Positions 29,707-39,548 of a DNA stretch of 64,000 bases are shown here, piece after piece. A model generated the notes under the pieces. It did no database searches. It worked only from the letters and a program-made list of their open reading frames with translations, and had not been told where the DNA came from. Every line of letters starts with the position of its first letter. Positions within the stretch are counted from its first letter, which is position 1. The stretch is taken from positions 17,025 through 81,024 of the forward strand of contig DASRDZ010000077.1 in the NCBI GenBank assembly GCA_035652335.1, written 5' to 3'. Source of the DNA: Candidatus Dormiibacterota bacterium. Lineage in GTDB: Bacteria > Chloroflexota > Dormibacteria > Aeolococcales > Aeolococcaceae. A program made the translations under genes and the position numbers.

Positions 29707-31809
29707 GTGCTCACCGGCGCGGTGGTGGCGGTGGCACTGTCCCTGGTGGGGCTGGCGGCGGGCGCGAACTACAACGGCAACAACAGCGTGCAGACGGAGT
29801 CGGCGCGCGCCTCCGCGCTGGTGGCGTCGGAGCTTCCGCAGGGGCCGCCGTCGTTCACGCTGGTGGCGGGCAGCGCATCGCTGAGGGTCAACCAGCCCGC
29901 CTTCCGCACCGCGCTGGCCGCCGCTCTCGCGCCGCTCGGTGGTGATCCGCGCGTGACGTCGGTGACCACGCCGTACAACGCCGACGGCAGCGTCGTCGCC
30001 GAGCGGGTGTCGGCGGACGGCCACCACGCTCTCACCACGGTGGCGCTGGTGAACGGCGGCATCGCCACCTACCGCGAGGTGCGCACGCGCATCGCCTCAC
30101 CGTCGCTGGAGCTGCTCGCCACCGGTGCGCAGCCGGTGAGCAGCGACTACGACCGGCTCACCAACGACGACGCAGCGCGCGGCGAGCACCTCTCCATCCC
30201 GCTCTCTCTCCTGCTGCTGTTCGTCGTCTTCGGGTCGCTGATGGCGGCCCTGCTGCCCATGGCGGTGGCGCTCTTCGCCAGCTTCGGCGCGCTGGCGCTG
30301 CTGGGACTGCTGACGCGCGTGATGGACGTCGACTCGTCCGCATCCAACGTCACCATCTTCCTCGGGCTCGGGCTGGGCATCGACTACTCGCTGTTCATCG
30401 TCTCGCGCTTCCGCGAGGAGCTGCGGCGCGGGCAGGACGTCGAAGGCGCGCTGCGCGTCGCCTACGCCACGGCGGGGACGGCCATCACCGTGTCGGGGCT
30501 CACGGTGGCGATCGGCTTCAGCGGGCTGCTGTTCTTCGCCAACACCTGGATGGTCGCCTTCGGGCTCGCGGTCATCGGCGTGGTGCTGCTCTCCATCGCC
30601 GGCGCGCTCTGCGTGCTGCCGGCGCTGCTCTCCCTGCTCGGCGGCACCGTCGACCGCGGACGCCTATGGCCGCGGCGCCCGCGCAGCGACGAGGAGGGCA
30701 TGTGGCACCGGTTGGCCACCGCGGTGATGCGCCACCCGGTGGCGGTGCTGCTGCCGACGCTGGCGCTGCTGCTCCTGCCGCTGGCCTCGTTCGTGCAGAT
30801 CAAGACCGCAACCGACCACCTCACCGACCTGCCCGCCGGCGCCGAGTCGCGCCGGGGCGCGGAGCTGGTGGCGGCGCAGTTCCCCGGGGCGGCGCAGACC
30901 ACCGTCGGGGTGGTGCTGCACTGGCCCGGCGGCACGGCGGTCACCCCCGCGCACACCGCCGAGGCGACTGCGCTGGCGCACCGGCTGGCGGCGCTGCCCG
31001 GCGTGATCGGCATCGCCAGCGCCGCGGGGCGCGACGTCATCGTGCTGCGCGTCAGCAGCGGCGTCACCGAGCGCAGCGTGGCGGCGCGGTCGCTGGTCAC
31101 CGCGGTGCGCGGGCAACCGGCGCCCGCCGGCGCAGAGCTTCTGGTCACCGGGCAGACTGCGTCCGACATGGACTTCGTGTCGTACATCGACTCGCGCGTG
31201 CCCGTCGCCATGGCCTTCGTGGTGGTGATGACCTACGTCGTGCTCTTCCTGCTCTTCGGCTCGCTGCTGCTGCCGCTGAAGGCGGTGCTGATGAACCTGC
31301 TCTCCATCACCGCCTCCTTCGGCGCGCTGACCTGGGTGTTCGTGCAGGGACACCTCAGCGGGCTGCTGGGCTTCACACCCGCGCCCATCGACCCGGTGCT
31401 GCCGGTGATCCTCTTCTGCGTCCTCTTCGGGCTCTCCATGGACTACGAGGTCTTCCTGCTCACCCGCATCCAGGAGGAGTACCGCCGCACCGGCGACACG
31501 CGTCGCGCCATCGCTCTGGGCCTGGAGCGCAACGGCCGCCTGGTCACCGGCGCCGCCCTGATCATGGTCGTGGTCACCGCCTGCTTCGGCCTCGCCGACG
31601 TCGTGGTGGTGAAGATCATCGGGCTCGGCGCCGCGCTGGCCATCCTGGTCGACGCCACCGTCGTCCGCGCCCTCGTCGTCCCCGCTGTGATGTGCCTCAT
31701 GGGCCGGGCCAACTGGTGGGCCCCACGCCCCCTCCTCACCCTGCGCAGCCGCCTCGGCGCCGCATTGCCGCACGCCCGCGGCTCCGACCCCGCCCGTTAT
31801 CAGATATGA
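29707..31809 (+). CDS. MMPL-family (RND-superfamily) transporter
   Basis: Two MMPL repeats with ~12 TM. The 5' end is uncertain: the frame is open from the Usp stop (29653), but the first canonical start is the GTG at 29707. Confidence 0.75.
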   Translation: MLTGAVVAVALSLVGLAAGANYNGNNSVQTESARASALVASELPQGPPSFTLVAGSASLRVNQPAFRTALAAALAPLGGDPRVTSVTTPYNADGSVVAERVSADGHHALTTVALVNGGIATYREVRTRIASPSLELLATGAQPVSSDYDRLTNDDAARGEHLSIPLSLLLLFVVFGSLMAALLPMAVALFASFGALALLGLLTRVMDVDSSASNVTIFLGLGLGIDYSLFIVSRFREELRRGQDVEGALRVAYATAGTAITVSGLTVAIGFSGLLFFANTWMVAFGLAVIGVVLLSIAGALCVLPALLSLLGGTVDRGRLWPRRPRSDEEGMWHRLATAVMRHPVAVLLPTLALLLLPLASFVQIKTATDHLTDLPAGAESRRGAELVAAQFPGAAQTTVGVVLHWPGGTAVTPAHTAEATALAHRLAALPGVIGIASAAGRDVIVLRVSSGVTERSVAARSLVTAVRGQPAPAGAELLVTGQTASDMDFVSYIDSRVPVAMAFVVVMTYVVLFLLFGSLLLPLKAVLMNLLSITASFGALTWVFVQGHLSGLLGFTPAPIDPVLPVILFCVLFGLSMDYEVFLLTRIQEEYRRTGDTRRAIALGLERNGRLVTGAALIMVVVTACFGLADVVVVKIIGLGAALAILVDATVVRALVVPAVMCLMGRANWWAPRPLLTLRSRLGAALPHARGSDPARYQI

Positions 31810-31819
31810 TAACACCACC

Positions 31820-32383
31820 ATGCTGGACGCGCCCAGCCTCATCCGCCGCCACCGTCTCGCCGCGAGGCTGAGCCAGCGGGAGCTCGCCCGGCGTGCCGGC
31901 ACCTCGGCCGCGACGCTCAACCGCTACGAGTCGGGCCGGGTTGACCCCACGGTCAGCACGCTGAACCGCATCCTCCACGCGTCCCTGCCGCCACGGCGCA
32001 GGTGGGCCTCGGTCGCGGAGCTCGCGCCGGCCATCGCCGGCGAGCTGAAGCGCGGCAGCGCCACCGCGGCGTGGCGGCACACAGCCGGCGAGTTCCTCGA
32101 CGACCACCTCCGCGCCAGTGCGGCGGACGTCTCCCTCGCCGTCGCGGACGCACCCGCGGCGACCGGGGATGCGCGCGCCGACGCTCTCGCCGCGGCGCTC
32201 GCCGAGTACGTCTGCGCACTGCACGGCATGCCACCGCCGCCGTGGGCGCAGGCGCCCATCGAGGTGACGCCGTGGTGGTTCGTCGCCGGCGCGGCCTTCC
32301 ACGCCCTGGCGCTGCGCGAGTCCCCGCCGAGCTTCGCGCGACGCGGCATCTTCGTCACCGCCGGCGCGGTGGAGCGCGTCTGA
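31820..32383 (+). CDS. XRE-family HTH protein with an uncharacterised C-terminal domain. Putative antitoxin/regulator partner.
   Basis: LAARLSQRELARRAGTSAATLNRYESGRVDPTVSTLNRIL is a canonical Cro/C1 HTH. The C-terminal ~120 aa is Ala/Pro-rich and unrecognised. Confidence 0.6.
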   Translation: MLDAPSLIRRHRLAARLSQRELARRAGTSAATLNRYESGRVDPTVSTLNRILHASLPPRRRWASVAELAPAIAGELKRGSATAAWRHTAGEFLDDHLRASAADVSLAVADAPAATGDARADALAAALAEYVCALHGMPPPPWAQAPIEVTPWWFVAGAAFHALALRESPPSFARRGIFVTAGAVERV

Positions 32384-32385
32384 CC

Positions 32386-32907
32386 ATGTTCGACCGCGAC
32401 GCGGCACTGCAGGCCCTCGACGCACTCGCGGCGGAGCTGCATGACCGGGGCGTGACCGCGCGCGTCTTCGTCGTCGGCGGTGCCGCGATGGCGCTCGCCT
32501 TCGACGCGCGGCGCATGACACGCGACATCGACGCGGTGTTCGAGCCGAAGAGCGCCGTCTGCGACGCGGCTCGGGCCGTCGCCGAGCGCCTGCAGCTTCC
32601 CGACGACTGGCTCGACGACGCGGTCAAGGGCTTTGTCCCCGGCACCGATCCCGACGCCGTGCCCATCTTCGAGCGTCCCAATCTCTCGGTCGCGGCGGCG
32701 TCCGCGCGCTTCCTCCTGGCGATGAAGCTGCGGGCGGCGCGCGTCGAGCAGGACGCCGACGACATCCGCTTCCTCGCCAACCTGCTCGGTCTGCACAGCG
32801 TGGACGCGGTGCTCGACGTCGCACGCGAGCGCTACGACATCGCATCGCTGCCGCCGCGTGCGGGGTTCCTGGTGGAGGAGCTGTTCGGCGCGCCGCCCGC
32901 GCCGTAG
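32386..32907 (+). CDS. Minimal nucleotidyltransferase-fold protein (AbiEii/DUF1814-like). Putative toxin-like partner.
   Basis: hGGxAxxL...RxTxDIDxVF matches the MNT-fold signature (VFVVGGAAMALAF...RMTRDIDAVF). Its ATG lies 3 nt after the upstream stop. Confidence 0.5.
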   Translation: MFDRDAALQALDALAAELHDRGVTARVFVVGGAAMALAFDARRMTRDIDAVFEPKSAVCDAARAVAERLQLPDDWLDDAVKGFVPGTDPDAVPIFERPNLSVAAASARFLLAMKLRAARVEQDADDIRFLANLLGLHSVDAVLDVARERYDIASLPPRAGFLVEELFGAPPAP

Positions 32908-32915
32908 GCGCCGGA

Positions 32916-33404
32916 TCAGGCCGCGGAGCCGTCCTCGGATCCGGCCGCGGTGGCCTCGCGGTGGAGCATGGTGCGCAGCAGGCGCAGCAGCGAGGCGCGC
33001 TCGCGGTCGTCGAGGGTGCGCAGGCCAGGGATGTCGGCGAAGAGCTCGTCGACGACGCGGGCGCGCATGGCCACGCCCTTGCCGGTGAGGACGAGGTTCT
33101 TGCTGCGGCGGTCGGCGGGGTCGACCTCCCGGCGCGCCAGGCCGCGCTCCTCGAGCATGTCGGCGATGGCCGTGACGAACGAGGCGTCGCACTGGATGCG
33201 CGACCCCAGCTCCTTCATCGAGACGGTGCCGTCGATGACGCGCAGCGCCTTGGCGCAGGGCGGCGGGAGGTCGTAGCTCTGCGCACCCCGCTCGATGTGG
33301 TCGCGGACGTGGAGGAAGAGCTGCCCCATGGCGTCGACCAGCTCGGCGGGGCACGCCCGGTGGCCGCGCGCTCGCCCGTGTCCCTTCCAACCGTCCCGGG
33401 TCAT
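32916..33404 (-). CDS. MarR-family transcriptional regulator
   Basis: MarR wHTH (...SMKELGSRIQCDASFVTAIADMLEERGLARREVDPADRRSKNLVLT...). Confidence 0.85.
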   Translation of the reverse strand: MTRDGWKGHGRARGHRACPAELVDAMGQLFLHVRDHIERGAQSYDLPPPCAKALRVIDGTVSMKELGSRIQCDASFVTAIADMLEERGLARREVDPADRRSKNLVLTGKGVAMRARVVDELFADIPGLRTLDDRERASLLRLLRTMLHREATAAGSEDGSAA

Positions 33405-33433
33405 GCCGCCGAGTATACATGAGTCACCCGAAA

Positions 33434-33463
33434 GTTGACAGACTGAAGTATCTCGGCGTAGGC
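33434..33463 (+). promoter_or_regulatory. Candidate sigma70-type promoter (TTGACA-18-TAGGCT) in the marR/MFS divergent intergenic region
   Basis: TTGACAgactgaagtatctcggcgTAGGCT lies ~45 nt upstream of the MFS start. This is a relatively AT-rich intergenic stretch. Confidence 0.3.
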
Positions 33464-33505
33464 TGCCGGGTACTTCACCAGCTCAACGATTGGGTGCCTC
33501 AGGCA

Positions 33506-34978
33506 ATGACGACGTCTCCCGGAGCGGCTCGCAGGACCGGCCCCTGGCTGGTCCTGGTTCTGGTGGCGCTGGCCCAGTTCATGGTCATCCTCGACGCCAC
33601 CATCGTGAACGTGGCCCTGCCCTCGATCCAGCGAGGGCTGCACTTCTCCAACGAGAACCTGCAGTGGGTGGTCAACGCCTACACGCTGGCCTTCGGCGGC
33701 TTCCTCCTCCTCGGCGGACGCGCCGCCGACCTCTTCGGGCGCAGGCGGCTGTTCCTGGCCGGCATCGCCCTCTTCTCCGTCGCGTCGCTCGTCAACGGCC
33801 TCGCCACCTCGGCGACGATGCTCGTCGTCGGCCGCGCCCTGCAGGGGCTCGGCGGCGCGCTGGTCGCACCCGCCGCGCTCTCCATCATCACCACGACGTT
33901 CGCCGAGGGACGCGAGCGCACCCGCGCGCTGGGCGTGTGGAGCGCCATCTCCGTCGGCGGCGGCGCGGTGGGGCTGCTGCTCGGCGGCATCCTCACCGAC
34001 CTCGTGTCGTGGCAGTGGGTGTTCTTCGTCAACGTCCCGGTCGGCGCCGTCGCCTTCCTGCTCTCGATGCGCTACGTGCCCGAGAGCCGCGCGTCGGCTG
34101 GCGGCACGCGCATCGACGTCTGGGGCGCGGTGTCGATCACCGCGGGCCTGCTGATCGCGGTGTACGCAATCGTCAACGTGCAATCGGCGGGCTGGGTCAG
34201 CGCGCAGACGCTCGGCCTCGGCTCGCTCGCCCTGGCGCTGGTGGCCTCCTTCCTCGTCATCGAGTCGCGGCACTCGCATCCGCTGATCCGCCTCGGCATC
34301 CTCGGCATCCGCTCGCTGGCGGGCGCCGACACCGCCATGCTGCTGGTCGCCTCCGGGCTCTTCGGGATGTTCTTCTTCGCCTCGCTCTACGTGCAGGACG
34401 TGATGCGCTACAGCCCGCTGCGCGCAGGCCTCGCCTTCCTGCCGGTGACGGCGGGGATCATCACCGGCGCAGGACTCTCGCAGCAGCTCATCCGCCGTCT
34501 CGGCGTGCGCGCCGTGGCGGTCACCGGCATGAGCCTCGCGGCGGTCGGGCTCCTGGTGCTGAGCCGCATCCCGGTGCAGGGCAGCTACCTCGGCGACCTC
34601 CTCCCAGGCCTGATGGCGATGTCGGTGGGCATGGGCCTCACCTTCGTGCCGATCACGCTGATCGCCACCACCAACGTCGACGCCGCCGACGCCGGCCTGG
34701 CCTCGGGGCTGCTCAACACCGCGCAGCAGGTGGGCGGGGCGCTCGGCCTCGCCGTCCTGGCCACCATCTCCGCCGACCGGACCACCGGCCTGATCACCAC
34801 GCTTGGCCACGCCCCCAGCGCGGCCGACCGCACCGGCGCCCTGGTGAGCGGGTTCCAGCTCGCCTTCCTCGTCGCCGCGGTGCTCATCGCCGCCGGCGCG
34901 GTGCTGCTCGGGGTCGTGGTGCGGCGCCGCCACGTCGAGCGCATCGACCTCGAAGCCCAGCCCGCGCTGGCGGCCTGA
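33506..34978 (+). CDS. MFS transporter, DHA2 (EmrB/QacA, 14-TM) drug:H+ antiporter family
   Basis: LVLVLVALAQFMVILDATIVNVALPSIQRGL...LLLGGRAADLFGRRR are classic DHA2 motifs. Trimmed to the ATG at 33506. Confidence 0.85.
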   Translation: MTTSPGAARRTGPWLVLVLVALAQFMVILDATIVNVALPSIQRGLHFSNENLQWVVNAYTLAFGGFLLLGGRAADLFGRRRLFLAGIALFSVASLVNGLATSATMLVVGRALQGLGGALVAPAALSIITTTFAEGRERTRALGVWSAISVGGGAVGLLLGGILTDLVSWQWVFFVNVPVGAVAFLLSMRYVPESRASAGGTRIDVWGAVSITAGLLIAVYAIVNVQSAGWVSAQTLGLGSLALALVASFLVIESRHSHPLIRLGILGIRSLAGADTAMLLVASGLFGMFFFASLYVQDVMRYSPLRAGLAFLPVTAGIITGAGLSQQLIRRLGVRAVAVTGMSLAAVGLLVLSRIPVQGSYLGDLLPGLMAMSVGMGLTFVPITLIATTNVDAADAGLASGLLNTAQQVGGALGLAVLATISADRTTGLITTLGHAPSAADRTGALVSGFQLAFLVAAVLIAAGAVLLGVVVRRRHVERIDLEAQPALAA

Positions 34979-35098
34979 CCGCCGCGGCCGGCCGGCGGAC
35001 CGGCCCGCCGTCCCGCGTCCGATCCGCACAGTCTCTTCACGCGGATTTACCCCGCGTGCATTGTGGTGCGGAGCGGCCGGACTTCTAATGAGCGCCTC

Positions 35099-35485
35099 AT
35101 GAATGGCGTCCTGATCGTCGACGCCGACCCCGACGTCCGCGAGGTGCTCACCGCCGTGTTCGTACGTCGCGGCTTTCGTGTGCGCGGCGCGGGGGAGTCC
35201 GACGCCGCCATCCGCATGGCCCGCGACGAGGCGCCCGACGCGCTGGTCACCGCGCTCGACCTGAAGCCCATCGACGGCATCGAGCTCATCGAGCAGGTGC
35301 GTGCGCTGCCCGGGTGCGGCGACCTGCCCGTGGTCATCTTCTCGGCGGCCACCCGCCACGACGTCCTCGACCGCATCGGAGACCGGCCCCTGGCGCGGAT
35401 GGTGATCGTCACCAAGGGTGGCCCGCCCCAGCGGGTGGTCGAGGCCGTGCACGGGCTGCTCGGACAGGGCGACGGGGACACCTGA
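35099..35485 (+). CDS. Stand-alone response-regulator receiver (CheY-like) domain protein
   Basis: LIVDADPDVREVL...ALVTALDLKPIDGIEL..VVIFSA. The phospho-acceptor Asp lies in ALDLKP. Confidence 0.8.
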   Translation: MNGVLIVDADPDVREVLTAVFVRRGFRVRGAGESDAAIRMARDEAPDALVTALDLKPIDGIELIEQVRALPGCGDLPVVIFSAATRHDVLDRIGDRPLARMVIVTKGGPPQRVVEAVHGLLGQGDGDT

Positions 35486-35521
35486 CGCCGGGGCGCGCGA
35501 GGCGCGGGGATACTGCAGGAC

Positions 35522-38410
35522 ATGACGCGAATCCTCTGCCCCGTCCTGGTCGGCCGCGAGGCGGAGCGAGGGCGGCTCGAGGCTCTGCTGGAGTCGGCGC
35601 GGCGCGGGCGCGGCTCGGTCGTCTTCCTCTGCGGCCCCGCGGGGATGGGCAAGTCGCGTCTCGCCGCCGAGGTCGCCGGACGCGCCGCGGCGCTTCGCAT
35701 GCCGGTGCTGCAGGGGCGCAGCGTCCCCAGCCGCGTGCCCGTCCCCTACCGCCCCATCGCCGAGGCGCTGCTGGCGGCGTCGCCGGTCGCGCCGGTCGCC
35801 GCGCCGGGAACGGGCTCCGGCTTCGAGACGGCGCTGGCCACCATCGTTCCCGCCTGGCAGGGCGAGGCCACCACCGCCGCCGCGGCGTCGCCCGTGGTCA
35901 TCGCCGAGGCCCTGCTGCGCGCGCTCCGCAACCTGGCTCCCGAGGCGGGCTGCCTGCTCGTCCTCGACGACCTGCAGTGGGCCGACCCTGAGACATTGCA
36001 CGCGGTCGAGTACCTCGCCGACCACACCGCCGGCAGCAGCGTCCTCTGCATCGCGACGCTGCGCGACGAACCCGGCGCCGAGGCCATGGACCTGCTCGCC
36101 CGCCTCGACGCGCGGCGCGCCGCGGAGGTGGTGCGATTGCAACCCCTTGCAATCGAGGCGGTGACCGAGATGGCTCTGCGCAGCCTGGGCGCGGCGGGGC
36201 TGCCGCAGGAGGTGACCGCCTTCCTCGGCGACCACGCCGAGGGCACGCCGTTCCTGGTCGAGGAGCTGCTCGCCGCCGCCGTTGCCGACGGTGCGCTGGT
36301 CGACACGGCGCAGGGCTGGACGGTGGCCGCCGCGATCCCGCGCGTCGTCCCCCAGAGCTTCGCCGCGACGGTGCGTGAGCGCCTCGCCACCCTCGGCGAC
36401 GCGGGTCGCCGCTTCCTCGCCGCGGCGGCGCTCCAGGGCCGCAGCTTCGACTGGCGCCTGGCAGCCCGCGCCGCAGAGATGGACGGCACCGAGGCGCGCA
36501 CGTGGCTCGACCGCGCCGCCGGCCTGCAGCTCCTCGCCGCCCACGCCGGCGGCTTCCGCTTCCGCCACGCGCTGACCCGGGACGCCCTCCTCGACCAGCT
36601 CCTCCCTGCCGAGCGCGCCACCCTCGCCGCGCGCTGCCTGGAGGGACTCGAATCCGCGGCGCCTGCGGGCGAGGATTGGCGCCACCTGGCCGCCGACCTG
36701 GCCGAGCTGGCCGGCGAGCCCGACCGCGCTGCGGAGCACCTCCTCGCCGCCGGCCGCGACGCGCTCTCGCGTGGCGCGCTGGACAGCGCCGTCGCCGCCC
36801 TGCAGCGCGCCGCCGTCCTCGCCGCCGATCCCGCCCGGCGCGCCGCCGTGCTGGACGCCCTCGCCGAGAGCCGGTCCACCACGGGTGACCTGCCGCGCAC
36901 CCGGGAGGCCGTCGAGTCCCTGCTCGCCGCCCTGGCGGAGATCGGCGCCCCGCCCGGCCCCCGTGCCCAGGCCCATCTCCTGCTGGCGCGGTGCGCCGTC
37001 AACGCGGCGCAGTTCACCTCCGGCAGCGAGGAGCTGGCCCAGGCGCGCCGTCTCGCCACGGCCGCCGGCGACAGCGCCCTTGCCGCCCGGATCACCGCCG
37101 TCGACGCCCACCTCGCCATCGGCGAGGGACGGCTCGACGAGGCCGAGGCGCTGGCCACCCGTGCCGCGGAGGAGGCCGGCGCCACCGGCCAGCCCGAGGT
37201 GGCCTGCGAGGCGCTCGAGGTCGCCTCGCGCTGCGCCAGGACCCGCGACGCCGGCGAGGCGGAGGCGATCGCCACCCGCGCACTGCAGGTCGCCGAGGAC
37301 GCCGGCCTCGCGTTCTGGCGCATGCGCGCCCTCTACCAGCTCGGTGTCGCCCGCATGTTCCGCGATGGCGAGGTGGAGACCCTGCGCCGGGCGCAGGATG
37401 CGGCCGGCCGGCTGGGCGCGGTGGCCACCGCGACCAGCCTCGACCTGGAGATCTCGGCGGGGCTGGAGGCGCAGCACCGCCTGGAGGAGGCGCGGGCCAC
37501 CGCGCTGCGCTGCGCCGAGATGGCCCACCGGCTGCAGCTGCGCATGGTCGAGGCGCTGGCCCACGCCTTCGTAGCGGTGATCGAAGCCGCGGGGGGCGCG
37601 CGCAGCCCCATGGAGGCGGCCATCGCACGCAGCCTGGAGCTTGGGGACGGCAACGCCGAGCTGGTCGCCGCGCTCTGGGGCGACGCGCGTGCCGTGGCCT
37701 CGCTCGCCGCCGAGGACCGCGCCCGTGCCCGTGCCGAGCTGGCCCACGCGGTCTCGCTCTACGGCCCGGCCCTTCCGGCGGTGCCGCACCTCTCAGCTGC
37801 ACTGCTCACCCTGGTGGTGGCCGTCGACGGCGGCGAGCCGGACTTCGCGGCCACGAGCGGCGTCACCCAGGTCAACTCCCAGGGTGGCGGCTACGTCGAG
37901 TTCGCCCGCGCGGTGATGCTGGGCCGCGCCGGTCGCGCCGCCGAGGCCTGCGCCGCCGCCGCCCGCGGTGAGCAGCGCCTCAACGCCATGCCCTGGTACC
38001 GCCACCTCTGCCGCCGCCTGGCCGCCGAGGCCGCCATGCGGGACGGCTGGGGCGACCCCACGGCGTGGCTCACCGAGGCGGCCGCCTACTTCGACGCCGA
38101 CGGCAGCGACCGCCTGGCCACCGCCTGCCGCTCCCTGCTGCGCCGCGCCGGAGTGCGCGTCGCCCGGCCGACTCAGGCGGGCCGAGCGCTGCCCCAGCAC
38201 CTGCGCGACGCAGGGGTGACGCCGCGCGAGGCGGAGGTCCTGACACTGGTCGGCGAGGGCCTCCCCAATCGCGCCATCGCGGAGCGGCTGGCGCTCTCGG
38301 AGCGCACGGTCGAGCAGCACGTGGGGTGGTTGAAGCAGAAGCTGGGGATGGAGACGCGCGCGCAGCTCGCCGTCTACGCCGCGTCGGGACCTTCTCTCCG
38401 GCGCGCTTAG
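35522..38410 (+). CDS. LAL-type (large ATP-binding LuxR family) transcriptional regulator
   Basis: N-terminal AAA/NB-ARC-like P-loop (FLCGPAGMGKSRL), an extended TPR-like middle region, and a C-terminal LuxR HTH (REAEVLTLVGEGLPNRAIAERLALSERTVEQHVGWLKQKLG). Confidence 0.85.
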   Translation: MTRILCPVLVGREAERGRLEALLESARRGRGSVVFLCGPAGMGKSRLAAEVAGRAAALRMPVLQGRSVPSRVPVPYRPIAEALLAASPVAPVAAPGTGSGFETALATIVPAWQGEATTAAAASPVVIAEALLRALRNLAPEAGCLLVLDDLQWADPETLHAVEYLADHTAGSSVLCIATLRDEPGAEAMDLLARLDARRAAEVVRLQPLAIEAVTEMALRSLGAAGLPQEVTAFLGDHAEGTPFLVEELLAAAVADGALVDTAQGWTVAAAIPRVVPQSFAATVRERLATLGDAGRRFLAAAALQGRSFDWRLAARAAEMDGTEARTWLDRAAGLQLLAAHAGGFRFRHALTRDALLDQLLPAERATLAARCLEGLESAAPAGEDWRHLAADLAELAGEPDRAAEHLLAAGRDALSRGALDSAVAALQRAAVLAADPARRAAVLDALAESRSTTGDLPRTREAVESLLAALAEIGAPPGPRAQAHLLLARCAVNAAQFTSGSEELAQARRLATAAGDSALAARITAVDAHLAIGEGRLDEAEALATRAAEEAGATGQPEVACEALEVASRCARTRDAGEAEAIATRALQVAEDAGLAFWRMRALYQLGVARMFRDGEVETLRRAQDAAGRLGAVATATSLDLEISAGLEAQHRLEEARATALRCAEMAHRLQLRMVEALAHAFVAVIEAAGGARSPMEAAIARSLELGDGNAELVAALWGDARAVASLAAEDRARARAELAHAVSLYGPALPAVPHLSAALLTLVVAVDGGEPDFAATSGVTQVNSQGGGYVEFARAVMLGRAGRAAEACAAAARGEQRLNAMPWYRHLCRRLAAEAAMRDGWGDPTAWLTEAAAYFDADGSDRLATACRSLLRRAGVRVARPTQAGRALPQHLRDAGVTPREAEVLTLVGEGLPNRAIAERLALSERTVEQHVGWLKQKLGMETRAQLAVYAASGPSLRRA

Positions 38411-38504
38411 ACGCGCGCAAAGGGGGGAGGCAGATCCTCCCCCGGCATCCCCCGTCCTCGGCGAGCTGAAGCTCGCCGAAAGCACGGGGTTTCCCGGATG
38501 TGCG

Positions 38505-39518
38505 ATGGCCCTGTCGGCCTCAGCGTGGCCGCTGCACATCAGCGCCCACCGGGAGCACCCCACAGTGACCGACACCGCCACCTACACCACCGACACGACC
38601 GACCTGCTCATCCCGCACGGCACCTTCCGCACGGCCTTCGGCACCGCGCCCGACGCGATCGCCCGGGTGCGCGCCGGTGACGCGGAGCAGGTCGCGGCAG
38701 TGTCCACCTACCTCGACAACGTGCTGCGTTTCCTCGACGCCCACCACGAGGGCGAGGACGCCGTCGTCTGGCCGCGGCTCGAGGAGCGCTGCCCCTCGCA
38801 GCGCGACGTCATCGCGCGCCTGCAGGGCCAGCATGCGGAGGTGCACGCCGTGCGCACCGCCGCAGGCATCGCCCTGCAGGAGTGGTCCGACGAGCCGGAC
38901 GCCGCCAACACCACCAGCCTGATCGCCGCCGTGCAGGCGCTCGACTCCACCCTCCGCGCGCACCTCGCCGAGGAGGAGCACGAGATCATCCCGCTGGCCT
39001 CGCGCCACCTCTCGCCCGAGGAGTGGGGACAGCTCCCCGGACACGCCATGCAGCACTTCAGCGGCGACAAGCTGTGGCTGGTGCTCGGCCTGGTGATGGA
39101 GCAGATGAGCGACGCGCAGCGCGCCACCATCCTCCAGCACCTTCCCCCGCCCGTCCTGGACATGTGGACCACGAGCGGAAGCGCGTCCTTCGCCGAGCTG
39201 ATCCGCCGCGTGCGCGGCACCGCCATGTACGGCACGGTGGCTCGCTACCGCATCAAGCCCGGCTGCGAGGCGAAGCTCCTGGAGCTGAGCCGGGAGCTGG
39301 AGCAGCAGCGACCGGCGGGGCTGGTCACGGGCTTCATCTATCGCCTCGAGTCGGGCGGCGACGAGTACGTCACCGCCGCCGTCTACTCCGACCGCGAGAG
39401 CTACCGGCGCAACTCCGAGGACCCGGCGCAGCAGGCCTGGTTCGCACGCATGTCGGAGCTGCTCGCCGGCGAGCCGCAGTGGAACGACGGGGAGATCATC
39501 GCCGGCCAGGTCCGATGA
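38505..39518 (+). CDS. Hemerythrin HHE cation-binding domain fused to a C-terminal ABM (antibiotic-biosynthesis monooxygenase / Dabb-like) domain
   Basis: HHE motifs (LDAHHEGEDAVVWPRLEE; HLAEEEHEIIPL). The C-terminal ~100 aa (MYGTVARYRIKPGCEAKLLEL...VTGFIYRLESGGDEYVTAAVYSDRESY) is ABM-like. The start may be the GTG at ~38566. Confidence 0.55.
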   Translation: MALSASAWPLHISAHREHPTVTDTATYTTDTTDLLIPHGTFRTAFGTAPDAIARVRAGDAEQVAAVSTYLDNVLRFLDAHHEGEDAVVWPRLEERCPSQRDVIARLQGQHAEVHAVRTAAGIALQEWSDEPDAANTTSLIAAVQALDSTLRAHLAEEEHEIIPLASRHLSPEEWGQLPGHAMQHFSGDKLWLVLGLVMEQMSDAQRATILQHLPPPVLDMWTTSGSASFAELIRRVRGTAMYGTVARYRIKPGCEAKLLELSRELEQQRPAGLVTGFIYRLESGGDEYVTAAVYSDRESYRRNSEDPAQQAWFARMSELLAGEPQWNDGEIIAGQVR

Positions 39519-39548
39519 GTCCGGGCGGCCGCTCGCGTCTCACCCTGC

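Noticed and set aside
33401-37789. 1462-aa minus-strand ORF
   Set aside because: Antisense to the MFS, receiver and LAL genes, all of which have strong motifs. Composition-driven.
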